Positions 42,501-51,654 of a stretch of 64,000 nucleotides of DNA are shown piece by piece (positions within the stretch are counted from its first letter, which is position 1; every line of letters starts with the position of its first letter). The position numbers were made by a program, and so were the translations under genes. The stretch comes from a virus. The notes under the pieces are model-generated. The model ran no database searches, was not told the DNA's origin, and saw only the letters and a list, made by a program, of their open reading frames with translations. The stretch spans positions 64,001 through 128,000 of the IMG/VR virus record IMGVR_UViG_3300046453_000063. The stretch is one strand, 5' to 3'.

Positions 42501-42872
42501 TTAAACGTAATCATCGTCTTCTCCGTCACCATCAACAAGTTCGATCTCGAATGTGTACCCGTCATTCATAGCATCAATATCCATTTGTAGCATATCAACT
42601 TCCATAGTCAATTTATCTAGTCTCTCAGCAAGCGCTCCATGACTAGAGGCATGACCCCAAAGCTTCATTAATTCAAATTTCAATTCATCTTTAGTTTTTG
42701 CTTTGCACAATACTTCAACATAATTATCCAGAACTAGATTGAGATTAATTTTCATATTCGGAACAATAATTACATTTGTATCTGTAGCAATGTCCTCATC
42801 AGACAGAAAGGTAGAAGGGAGGTCTCGCGGATCTCCATCGGGATTGGTATTCCAGTATTCATCCTCAGTAAT
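42501..42872 (-). CDS. Hypothetical acidic protein, probable ATT start
   Basis: Frame open 39 codons upstream of annotated ATG to an ATT 8 nt after GGGAGG. Confidence 0.6.
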   Translation of the reverse strand: MTEDEYWNTNPDGDPRDLPSTFLSDEDIATDTNVIIVPNMKINLNLVLDNYVEVLCKAKTKDELKFELMKLWGHASSHGALAERLDKLTMEVDMLQMDIDAMNDGYTFEIELVDGDGEDDDYV

Positions 42873-42959
42873 TTTAAACGCCTCCCCTAAGTAAGATATC
42901 TAGTTGACTATGTATAATTGGTGTATAATTATATTGATATGTCTATGTATATTCATACT

Positions 42960-43697
42960 TTAAACCTGATAATTCATTAACGCTTCGTACAATTTGTCTG
43001 GAATTCTATTATGATATGTATTAGCCACATCTTTAATTAAATTTTCTTTATATTTCTTATATACCATATGTGCTTCGAGTGGCGTGTCGTATATTCCCAA
43101 ATAAACCCGTTTTCCGTTTTTGTTACAACTTGCCTCATACTTATTGAACTTTTTATGATAAGTTACTCCTAGTGGCGAACTTCCACTATCTATTCTTGTT
43201 CTGCCATTAATCAGCATATTTATTGAACTTGGAGCAATTATACATAACTCTGCCGAATATGTTTTATTTTCTCTAAATAAAATATCTTTATCTAACATCA
43301 TGACTTCATTGTTAACTTGATAATAATTATCCGTATACCATCTTGCGAAATTTTGGTAGTTGTGCCAATCTGATGAGACATTGCATTCAGAATATGATAA
43401 ATCTCTTGCACGATTCTTATTAGTACCGTAACATCTTTCTATCATTCCGCGCCAAATGTTGTGAGCTTTATCATTGGAGTCAAATTCTCCACATCCCATA
43501 AAACCAACATTACATAAACTTGGTGCGTATGGGTTTGTAACTCCACCTCGTTTGAAGTTCCCATATCGCACATTTTGTTTAATAAATCCATCATCAAATT
43601 CAACACTAATATTATTCTCGCTTATGTATGATACTATTTTCATCTTCTGTCCGCTATTTGTATAAGATATTTCACCAATGCGATTAGTTTTTTTAAT
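42960..43697 (-). CDS. HNH-type endonuclease with AP2-like DNA-binding domain, probable ATT start
   Basis: WRGMIERCY, WHNYQNFARW, LDKDIL, YLGIYDTPLEA; frame extends to ATT 8 nt after AGGAGG. Confidence 0.75.
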   Translation of the reverse strand: MKKTNRIGEISYTNSGQKMKIVSYISENNISVEFDDGFIKQNVRYGNFKRGGVTNPYAPSLCNVGFMGCGEFDSNDKAHNIWRGMIERCYGTNKNRARDLSYSECNVSSDWHNYQNFARWYTDNYYQVNNEVMMLDKDILFRENKTYSAELCIIAPSSINMLINGRTRIDSGSSPLGVTYHKKFNKYEASCNKNGKRVYLGIYDTPLEAHMVYKKYKENLIKDVANTYHNRIPDKLYEALMNYQV

Positions 43698-43771
43698 AAT
43701 TGCGTCCTCCTAAACAATTATTGATATAGGAGGGCAGTGGGAGTGTACCCCACAATGAGTCACCCAAAAAT

Positions 43772-45070
43772 TTATTCTACTGTTGTATAAATGGCATCCA
43801 ATAGTCCCAATTCTTTATCCCAAATAAAAGACTGTCCAACTTTTAAGGCTCCGACATATCCTGATTCATAGTGCCATGTGTCAGTTCCAGTGGGAGAATT
43901 TAAATAACGAATAATAACACCATTATCCTTCGTCACAGTCTTCTCAGAGTGAAAATGTCCGGCATGAACTTCATGATAAACTGTTCGACCCCATGCCTCT
44001 CTAGCTTCTACTGGCATAACTTCTCCAATTCGTTTACCTTCGGCGTGACCGTGAGAAAATTGAATTAGACATTTTCCAAACTCAACGTATTTGCGAATTT
44101 TAGGATCTGTATCCACAGTTACATTGGGTTCATTTCTGAACCATGCTGCAAGATGTTCTGTTGCGACATAACTTGTCAATTTATCATGATTTGCTCCAAC
44201 ATAGAAGGTTTCAACTGGAGCAATTTGTGATAGAATATCAACTGCCTCAACTAGCATCTTCGTCCCGATTTTATACATTTGTGCAAACTTTAAATCGGTA
44301 TCTTGCGGTGTTCCTCCAGTGGTTGTTTTGGTCAGTCCATCATAATGGAAAAAGTCATTACTCCAACAGAAAAGGATTTTTTCGAATTCATATGCTTGTG
44401 TTCTAGTCAAAACATCGTTTATGATATGAAAAAATCTTTCCCTTGCAATTTCCCAATTATATGTATCATTAGAATCTCCTTGCCAAGCGAGTTTTCCCAA
44501 ATGAATATCTGCAATAGATACTTCAAGCATCTTGCCATTTTTACTATAGCGAATTGGATTGTGTAGTGGGCGCACGTAGTTATCTGACATTTCTTTAAAC
44601 ATAGATCGAAGTGATTCGAGGGATAGCTCATCTCTTTTTGGTTTAACGGAAATCTTACTAGAGTAAAGTTGCATAATACCATCTTTTTTCGAATAGGAGT
44701 TCCAAATATTCGAACGAGCAGAGATTAACTCCCACAGATCAGGATTATAACCGTGTGCTTTAAGCAGATAATTAACATCTTTGGAATCCTCAATAGACAT
44801 TTTGACGAGTTTATTACTGGTTTGTGATCCATCTTTATTAATCTCGATAGATTCTTTGAAATTGTCAGTATTAGAAGATTGGAGGTCGTTGTTTTTATCT
44901 TGAACTCCTTGAGTTCTAAGTCTATTCTTTACCCATAGACGGTATTGTTCGCCATCAGAAAACATTCCATTACTAAAATCTTCTGCAAGAGAAGCCCAAC
45001 TATCTGTAATGTCACCGTTTCGCTTTTTAATCCCAATTTCCAGTAGTTTTTCAGGAGTAATAGTCATCAA
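43772..45070 (-). CDS. Calcineurin-like metallophosphoesterase (YonJ-like)
   Basis: ADIHLGK, NDFFH, GANHD, SHGH, AGHFH motifs. Confidence 0.85.
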   Translation of the reverse strand: MMTITPEKLLEIGIKKRNGDITDSWASLAEDFSNGMFSDGEQYRLWVKNRLRTQGVQDKNNDLQSSNTDNFKESIEINKDGSQTSNKLVKMSIEDSKDVNYLLKAHGYNPDLWELISARSNIWNSYSKKDGIMQLYSSKISVKPKRDELSLESLRSMFKEMSDNYVRPLHNPIRYSKNGKMLEVSIADIHLGKLAWQGDSNDTYNWEIARERFFHIINDVLTRTQAYEFEKILFCWSNDFFHYDGLTKTTTGGTPQDTDLKFAQMYKIGTKMLVEAVDILSQIAPVETFYVGANHDKLTSYVATEHLAAWFRNEPNVTVDTDPKIRKYVEFGKCLIQFSHGHAEGKRIGEVMPVEAREAWGRTVYHEVHAGHFHSEKTVTKDNGVIIRYLNSPTGTDTWHYESGYVGALKVGQSFIWDKELGLLDAIYTTVE

Positions 45071-45078
45071 ATCACTCC

Positions 45079-45273
45079 TTATTCTTCTACTTGATGACTA
45101 GGCTCGAAATCAGAAGCTACAGTAATAGAAATGTTACTACCATCAAAATCTTGAAGGAGAGACTTAAGATCAAAAATGTAAATCCCGTTTTTATCTTCAG
45201 CAGTTACTGTCATTTTGTCCATTTCAAATAGACCAGTACGATTAACTGTTTTACTGTCCTTATTTTTAGCCAT
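45079..45273 (-). CDS. yonK: YonK-like small protein
   Basis: 64 aa, DLKSLLQDFDGSNISITV; position upstream of YonJ-like gene. Confidence 0.6.
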   Translation of the reverse strand: MAKNKDSKTVNRTGLFEMDKMTVTAEDKNGIYIFDLKSLLQDFDGSNISITVASDFEPSHQVEE

Positions 45274-45306
45274 ATTTCATTACTCCCTAATATGTATTTT
45301 TATTAA

Positions 45307-46500
45307 TTACATACGATCAGCAATCGCTGCAATTTTAGAGCGATAGATTGTTTTAAACTCAACTTCACCATACAACTGTTCACCACGAAATACTGTGCTT
45401 GTGCGCTTTATCCCATTATTAATTCCAGCATAAGAATCTGAATCTACCTGTGTTTTGTCATCGCCATCAATGATAATCTGGCTACCCTTACCAATGCGCT
45501 GCAGACCAAGCTTCATCAAGTCAACAGATAGATTTTGTGCTTCAGAAATCCATACCAACGATTTATCACCAGTGTCATATCCTCGAATATCAACAAATGG
45601 AATCAATACAAGTCTTCCAGTGGCAATCAGCGCCTCAACTTCTTCTTTATTACCCAATTTGCTAATCAGTAAGTTTCCAATGCCGCTCTGCAATAACTTC
45701 TCGTTCTTATCACCTTTATAAAAGCCGATTTCTTGCGCTCCCCGTACGGGAACAGGATTTACCAGACAGATGAGTTTATTAATTCTGCCCTTTTCGAGTT
45801 GATGCATTGCATATGCAAACGCGAGCAAACTTTTACCAGAACCTGCTTTACCACGCAGAAGTGTAATATCATTTGTAATCAATGAATCAATAGCGGCAAT
45901 CTGATGCATGTCGAGTGGCTTGAATTTTCCCATTGCTACAGTAGATAAATTCTTTTCCGCACAATCAACAAACTCTTTACCGTTCCACTTCTTAACATCT
46001 ACGGGTTGACCAGACTCTCTTATGATAATTATGTATTCGTTAGTTAGAAGATTATATTTATTAATATTTCTATTTTCGTAAAAGTAAGCCATTTCAGATT
46101 CGCTCATTGTGATTTCTTTATATCCACAATAGGAATCTTCACTATAAGCATCGTCGGGTTCATATACGTCTACACCAAGAGATTTTGCTTTAAGTTGTGC
46201 AAGAAAATCGCCAGATATGAGAGAGGCATCGTGAAATTCAGCGCAAGCAACAATGACATCATCATTACTAAGTTGTGCTGCTGAATGCTGTTTTCCGAAT
46301 TCATGATCATAGAAGATATCTGTTTTCGATTTTAATTTGCGAACCGCCTGACGAGCACGAAACGCCGTATCGGTAATGCCAACTTTTAATTTATCAAGTT
46401 CATGAAGTACAATTTCAGGAATAATAATTGAATTTTCAATATCAAGAACTTCAATATGTTGCAACAGGGCGTTAGTATCAACTACGACCTTATTTTTCAT
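45307..46500 (-). CDS. phoH: PIN domain-PhoH ATPase
   Basis: VVDTNAL/ELDKLK/NDD (PIN); GKAGSGKS, IGFYKG, IRG, EAQN, DGDDKTQVD. Confidence 0.9.
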   Translation of the reverse strand: MKNKVVVDTNALLQHIEVLDIENSIIIPEIVLHELDKLKVGITDTAFRARQAVRKLKSKTDIFYDHEFGKQHSAAQLSNDDVIVACAEFHDASLISGDFLAQLKAKSLGVDVYEPDDAYSEDSYCGYKEITMSESEMAYFYENRNINKYNLLTNEYIIIIRESGQPVDVKKWNGKEFVDCAEKNLSTVAMGKFKPLDMHQIAAIDSLITNDITLLRGKAGSGKSLLAFAYAMHQLEKGRINKLICLVNPVPVRGAQEIGFYKGDKNEKLLQSGIGNLLISKLGNKEEVEALIATGRLVLIPFVDIRGYDTGDKSLVWISEAQNLSVDLMKLGLQRIGKGSQIIIDGDDKTQVDSDSYAGINNGIKRTSTVFRGEQLYGEVEFKTIYRSKIAAIADRM

Positions 46501-46659
46501 AGGCGTTACCTCGTTGGGTAGGATGGAGGGGAGGTCAATCCCCTCATTTGTGAACCTTGTGTACTATTAAATAAAACTTGCCATTTCGGCTTATATCATT
46601 GCATTCTTAGTCTTTCAGTTTCTTCTTACAGGTTCCCTTGTTCAGGGGTAAGTTAATCG

Positions 46660-46759
46660 AAGTCGATAGCAGGGCGGCGTATCCTGCATCTCTGATAACT
46701 TGGAGCGTACACAACGTGCGTTCCAAGCGTGTAGAGAACCTTTTCTACCTTATCGACTT
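46660..46759 (-). ncRNA. tRNA-like cloverleaf RNA (non-canonical)
   Basis: Closing stem AAGTCGATA/TATCGACTT, D-like arm with GG loop, long 12-bp middle arm, GCAGG/CCTGC T-like arm; no TTC loop, no CCA. Confidence 0.55.
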
Positions 46760-46826
46760 TCAGTTGAGATATTACATCTCTTGAATATGTATGTATGATA
46801 AAGCTATTGTTTTATATTAATATTTA

Positions 46827-47099
46827 TTATTTAATAGCGTCTTTCAAACCCTTGAGAGCCTTGAAAGTCGTTTTCTTACTGGCGGCGATTTCGATTTCTT
46901 CGCCTGTTTGCGGATTGCGTCCTTTACGTGCAGCAGTTGGCTTAACGCCGAACTTTGCAAATCCAGCAATGTTCACTTCTTCGTCATTGGCGAGCGCTTC
47001 TGTGATTGCTTCAAACACAGCATTTACCGATGCCTCAACATCCTTCTTAGCCAGTCCGGTTTTTTCTGTTACTACCTTTGCAAGTTCTGTTTTATTCAT
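46827..47099 (-). CDS. hup: HU family DNA-binding protein (YonN-like)
   Basis: MNKTEL...GFAKF...ARKGRNPQTGEEIEI..FKA. Confidence 0.96.
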   Translation of the reverse strand: MNKTELAKVVTEKTGLAKKDVEASVNAVFEAITEALANDEEVNIAGFAKFGVKPTAARKGRNPQTGEEIEIAASKKTTFKALKGLKDAIK

Positions 47100-47216
47100 T
47101 TTAAATTTCTCCCTTAGTTTAATTTTATTTTGTGAGAAGATGATAATCCCTTAATTTTGGATATTAAATCATCATGCTCCCTAAAAGACAATCAGCATTT
47201 TTACATGTTTTTTAAA

Positions 47217-47303
47217 ATACGTTGATTTTTAGGGCTTTTCTAAATTAAAAAAATTTGACATACATATATTTATTGTCCAAAATACCGCGAAAAATCAACG
47301 TAT
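47217..47303. promoter_or_regulatory. 14-bp perfect inverted repeat upstream of late operon (candidate late control region)
   Basis: ATACGTTGATTTTT (47217-47230) / AAAAATCAACGTAT (47290-47303) enclosing an AATAAATATA box on the minus strand. Confidence 0.5.
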
Positions 47304-47332
47304 AACGAAAAATTCCTGAATATACACGTTTT

Positions 47333-49933
47333 TTACTGTTTTCTTTGTTTTTTCCTATACTGTCTTTGTTTTTCGGCATTATATTTCTTCCATTCTTCTT
47401 TTTGACAGTGCTTGCAATAGATTTGATTATTTGTGTTTACTTCAATTCTAGTCCCACAAGACTTGCATAGGACTTTTTCTAAACTATCAATAGTGTTACT
47501 TTTAATATTCTCAACAATAACATCTCCAAAACTAGACCACAGTGTTGTCTTATAGCTACTTTTCTTTTTTTCATACAAGAATTGTACTAGCACATCGACT
47601 ACATGATCTACATCATTACAAACTTCCAATATCTTGTCTCTAATGTTTTTATAAACAAACAAACTATCTCCCGTATAGTGACCATCAACCGGACGAGTAT
47701 CCATAAATCGCTTTTTAAGGTCTAATTCCTTATATCTTTCAATGATTTGATTGTCTATGTCTCTCTTAGCATACTCTTTACTCATCAACACCTTGTAATC
47801 AAATTCTCCTATATTCATTGCAGAGAATTTAATTCTTGGATTAGGGATAAGTTTACCAAGCCTATTGACCACGCTCTCATTAACTGGTTCTACATTAGGT
47901 TTTTCTTTGTCTTTTGCATATACAAAGAAATAGGGTGTTTTAGACTTTGTATATTCGGTAATTATTTTTTTCTTGTTATTCGGTCTTTCTGGTTTGTACA
48001 AAGTTTTTGCGTAATCAATTGTAAAATTGTTCTCCATACATAATAGTTTGATCACATCCAGGTTAACGTTGTTACTATTCCAGATCTTCGTGATGTCGTT
48101 ACTGATCATCCCAATATTGCCACCAGTATAAGCAGACTTTAATCCTTCATATATAGTCTCATAATTAACAGGTTGTGCTTCTGCTTTTGCCATGTTGTAG
48201 AATAGGGGGTTAATACCTTTCATATTTCTTTCTGCAACTTCTACGATAGTTTTATCATTACAAACTAAACTTTTATCTCCATCAACGTCAAACATGAGTA
48301 TTTTACTGATAGCATCATGACAACTTGTATATAGATTCTTAGTGACGAACCAGCGTTTCATTTCTTTATTTACTTTATTTTTTCGGACAGCGTGTTCCCG
48401 GTATAGATGAGGGCTACGTAAACAATCAAGTTTTTCCTCATCATTATAAAGGAAGCAAGAAACTTCTCCATCATCAATCAACCCTTTGGGGTCTTTATCG
48501 TCCTTAATTAAGTATTCACAAAAAGCATGTAAATCTGGACATATGAATGTGTATTTGCCGCTTATTGAGATCTTCCCGGCTTTTGCAGACATTACCATGC
48601 TCTTTTTAGTCTGCTTAAGGATTTCTTTGCTATATGTATCATTTAATAGTTCTGGATAAATCTCAAGCGCTTGCTGGACATAGTTTTTGTTTATATTTGT
48701 TTCTGTAGCACCAAGTATTTTAAGCATGGTGCGCCGATCTGTTCCAACATTAATGATATTGTTTCTAGTTTCTTCACTAATCGTTCTTAACTCATCATCG
48801 GTGATGTCTGTTAGGGTTTGAAGCATTTGATAATTCAACTTGGCATTCTTAATGAATGATTCTTCTTCGTTGCACTTTCCTGCATGGCATTTAAACTTTT
48901 TATAAAATTTCTTGTACTCATCCCAGGAAGAATAGTACTTCCACATTTTAAACTGGCTTTTTGTGAATATTATTTCAATTTTTTCAGCGTTTAGATCATG
49001 CTCTTTACCATAAATATCTTTAACGGTGCCGTAGAGTCCTTTTTTTGCCTTCTTGTTTTCTTCACGAATGAATTTATCGAAAGGAAAAGGGACTAACAAA
49101 CCTTTTACCCAAGGCAGACGCACCATTATACTATTCTTACTAACTCTTGGCAGGATCATTCCACAACCATCTGTGTGTTCGATGGGAATGTCCATATTCT
49201 TTGTTTCAATTTCATATGTCTTGTCATCAATGAAGTCAACAGTACAGTTAACAAGTGTTTCCATGTCATTGACCACGATAGATTTGTCAATATCAAACTC
49301 ATCCCATTTTTCCGTTGCACTATTGCAGAGAGCAAGATAGGCTAGATACTTGTTAATATTGACTCCTTTATGATCATTAATCTTTTTAATGGTAAGACCA
49401 CACATCAGCGATTGTTGATATTTATTAAATGTTTTTTCTTTAATGAATACCGTTTTCTTCGTTCTAATTTGTCCCGCGCTTGCTGTAAAGCATATGTATT
49501 TTTCATTATCAAAGATAAATCCATTATGTATAAGATCTTTTAAAATATCAAAAAAGTAAGTTTGAACAACAAGTATGTCTTTGGTTAAAGTATTCTGTTT
49601 AATCTTTAGAGTTCTTGTTAATACGGAGTCGAATACTGAAATCGTATTTTTTTCTCTAATCAACTCACTACGCAAAACTCTAAGTTCTTCATTTTTTGTA
49701 AATAGTTTGTACAGTGTATCCTTTAGATTTTTAATTCGAGTGGAAGTCCTTGAGATTTTTTCTTCAAATCTTTTTTTTGTGTCGTCTTCAATGTGAGCTG
49801 ATTTTATTTTACCTTTTAATAAATATCGAAATCTGTAGTTCTTATTTAATCTTCTATGTATGGACATTTCACTTTCGTTATAAAAGAAACTGGTATCGAT
49901 GCTGTATACATGGACTTGTTTGTCTAGGCTAAT
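47333..49933 (-). CDS. yonO: YonO-type single-subunit DNA-dependent RNA polymerase
   Basis: TASAGQIRTKK, HTDGCGM, RLPWVKGLL, RSPHLYREH, catalytic FDVDGD; frame extends to ATT at 49933 behind AGGAGG. Confidence 0.93.
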   Translation of the reverse strand: MSLDKQVHVYSIDTSFFYNESEMSIHRRLNKNYRFRYLLKGKIKSAHIEDDTKKRFEEKISRTSTRIKNLKDTLYKLFTKNEELRVLRSELIREKNTISVFDSVLTRTLKIKQNTLTKDILVVQTYFFDILKDLIHNGFIFDNEKYICFTASAGQIRTKKTVFIKEKTFNKYQQSLMCGLTIKKINDHKGVNINKYLAYLALCNSATEKWDEFDIDKSIVVNDMETLVNCTVDFIDDKTYEIETKNMDIPIEHTDGCGMILPRVSKNSIMVRLPWVKGLLVPFPFDKFIREENKKAKKGLYGTVKDIYGKEHDLNAEKIEIIFTKSQFKMWKYYSSWDEYKKFYKKFKCHAGKCNEEESFIKNAKLNYQMLQTLTDITDDELRTISEETRNNIINVGTDRRTMLKILGATETNINKNYVQQALEIYPELLNDTYSKEILKQTKKSMVMSAKAGKISISGKYTFICPDLHAFCEYLIKDDKDPKGLIDDGEVSCFLYNDEEKLDCLRSPHLYREHAVRKNKVNKEMKRWFVTKNLYTSCHDAISKILMFDVDGDKSLVCNDKTIVEVAERNMKGINPLFYNMAKAEAQPVNYETIYEGLKSAYTGGNIGMISNDITKIWNSNNVNLDVIKLLCMENNFTIDYAKTLYKPERPNNKKKIITEYTKSKTPYFFVYAKDKEKPNVEPVNESVVNRLGKLIPNPRIKFSAMNIGEFDYKVLMSKEYAKRDIDNQIIERYKELDLKKRFMDTRPVDGHYTGDSLFVYKNIRDKILEVCNDVDHVVDVLVQFLYEKKKSSYKTTLWSSFGDVIVENIKSNTIDSLEKVLCKSCGTRIEVNTNNQIYCKHCQKEEWKKYNAEKQRQYRKKQRKQ

Positions 49934-49989
49934 CTCAAATTCCTCCTGTCTGGTATTGTTAAGTGATATATGTATATTTATTAATTAAT

Positions 49990-50265
49990 TCAATTCAACT
50001 CTAAACTCAACAAGCTTACTCCAACCTGTGGATTAAACGGTTCTCTATAAAATACTCCACTATTAGCATTATTCATCATCCAAAGTACTCCATCGTCTAC
50101 CATATTAGAATCTAGATATTTTGTACAATCGTTCAATCCTTCTTTCATTTCTTTGGAAACAAACTTCTCATCCAGATAATCAGCGTCTCCATCATAATAC
50201 TTATCTTCCATTTCCTTAATTGAAAATCCTTGATATTGCATATTAATCTCCTGTGTTTTTTTCAT
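49990..50265 (-). CDS. Hypothetical protein
   Basis: 91 aa, first gene behind promoter at 50357-50404. Confidence 0.55.
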   Translation of the reverse strand: MKKTQEINMQYQGFSIKEMEDKYYDGDADYLDEKFVSKEMKEGLNDCTKYLDSNMVDDGVLWMMNNANSGVFYREPFNPQVGVSLLSLELN

Positions 50266-50356
50266 ATTATGTATTCCCTTGCCCTTTCTTTTATACCCTC
50301 GTATGTTTTATTCAGGAGATGCTTGCTTGTGTTTAGCAATCTCTCTCTGTGTTTAT

Positions 50357-50404
50357 AATATAACATGATAATATTGCATAGTCAACATATATTTATTAAT
50401 TAAA
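50357..50404 (-). promoter_or_regulatory. Sigma-A promoter with upstream AT box driving yonO operon
   Basis: Minus strand TTTAATTAATAAATATATG-TTGACT-17nt-TATATT. Confidence 0.7.
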
Positions 50405-50586
50405 TTTACCAAACAACACATGAAGAGGGTTCTATGTTGCTTCATTATATATAACAAAAAAGATGAAGAATTTAATGAATAAATATATACATAAACATAA
50501 TAATGTGATATGATGTGTTTATGAGACAGATGGATACAAACATAATGAATTCAAAAAACAATACATATAATAAGGAGGAGAACAAT

Positions 50587-51654
50587 ATGAGTGCTATAAC
50601 AAACAATGTAGTGGGATTACATATGGGTAATGTATGGGAAGACATCCAGACACACCTAAAAGGATTTGAAAGCAAACACACATCTGAAAATTATGAACGT
50701 GGTTTGAGAAAGTTCTTTCAGTGGTTTAAAGGAAAAGATCTGGAGTTGCTGACAAGAGAGGACTTATACATCAGAAATGCAGATGTTTTGAAATACCGCA
50801 ACTTTTTAAAAGAAATACTCGATGAAGAAGGCGAGAGACAATACACTAACACTTCAATCAACAATGTCATTGCTGCTATTCAATCACTCTATGTGTTTCT
50901 TGAGAAGAATGACTATGATGTTAAATCTGTGACCACCAGAGCGAATCCACTTGCTGACGACTCTGTAAGATGTGGAGCGCTTTACACTCATGAAGCTGAA
51001 AAAATGGCCGACATTATTATTGATACTGTCAAAGGAATAGAAAAATCAGCATTGATCAGAATGGCATATATAACAAGCTTTCGTAAGGGATCTTTGCTTA
51101 GATTAGAATGGGATGATATTGTAGAACACCCAAGTAACAAGTATTACGAAGTTACTGTAATGGGCAAAGGCGGTAAGAAACATACTGTTCCAATTTCAGA
51201 AGATCTTTATCAATATGTTCTAAAAATTAAGGATCAGAGGTACTACGAAAGATACAATGATAATAAAATATTCCATTTAAGTACTGGTGCAATTCAAGAT
51301 ATGATGACTTATTTAAAGGATAAAATGAGCATCTCTGAACAAAGAAATGTAGTATTTCATAGCTTCCGAAATGTTGCTTCTATGTATGGTACTTTAGAAG
51401 AAGCTAAAGAGCATTATAATCACAGTAGCTTTAATGTAACAGAAAAATATAGACATAAAGATAATGATATGAGCAATAGTTTGAGTTTGAGAATTGGCGA
51501 GAAGATTGACGATGAGATTTTTATGGAGTTAAGCAAAGAGGAGATTATTCAATTAGTGTTGAGACAGAATGAAGGAGTGATTCATCAGATGAAGAGAGAC
51601 GCACAGAAAATTGTTAATGATAAAAATGAAAATAAAAAGGAGAGTGTTGAGTAA
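50587..51654 (+). CDS. Tyrosine-recombinase-fold protein, SPbeta YopP(SroF)-like, probable lysogeny regulator
   Basis: SENYER...SINNVIAAI, SFRKG (R), GKGGK, FHSFRN, YNH..TEKY; resembles recalled YopP; ATG behind AGGAGGAG. Confidence 0.78.
   Translation: MSAITNNVVGLHMGNVWEDIQTHLKGFESKHTSENYERGLRKFFQWFKGKDLELLTREDLYIRNADVLKYRNFLKEILDEEGERQYTNTSINNVIAAIQSLYVFLEKNDYDVKSVTTRANPLADDSVRCGALYTHEAEKMADIIIDTVKGIEKSALIRMAYITSFRKGSLLRLEWDDIVEHPSNKYYEVTVMGKGGKKHTVPISEDLYQYVLKIKDQRYYERYNDNKIFHLSTGAIQDMMTYLKDKMSISEQRNVVFHSFRNVASMYGTLEEAKEHYNHSSFNVTEKYRHKDNDMSNSLSLRIGEKIDDEIFMELSKEEIIQLVLRQNEGVIHQMKRDAQKIVNDKNENKKESVE

Noticed and set aside
38614-43697. Group I introns or inteins housing the endonucleases
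   Set aside because: Terminase, portal, capsid and polymerase ORFs are continuous; endonuclease genes are intergenic
46660-46759. Canonical tRNA or tmRNA
   Set aside because: No TTC T-loop, no 7-nt anticodon loop, no CCA, and too short for tmRNA
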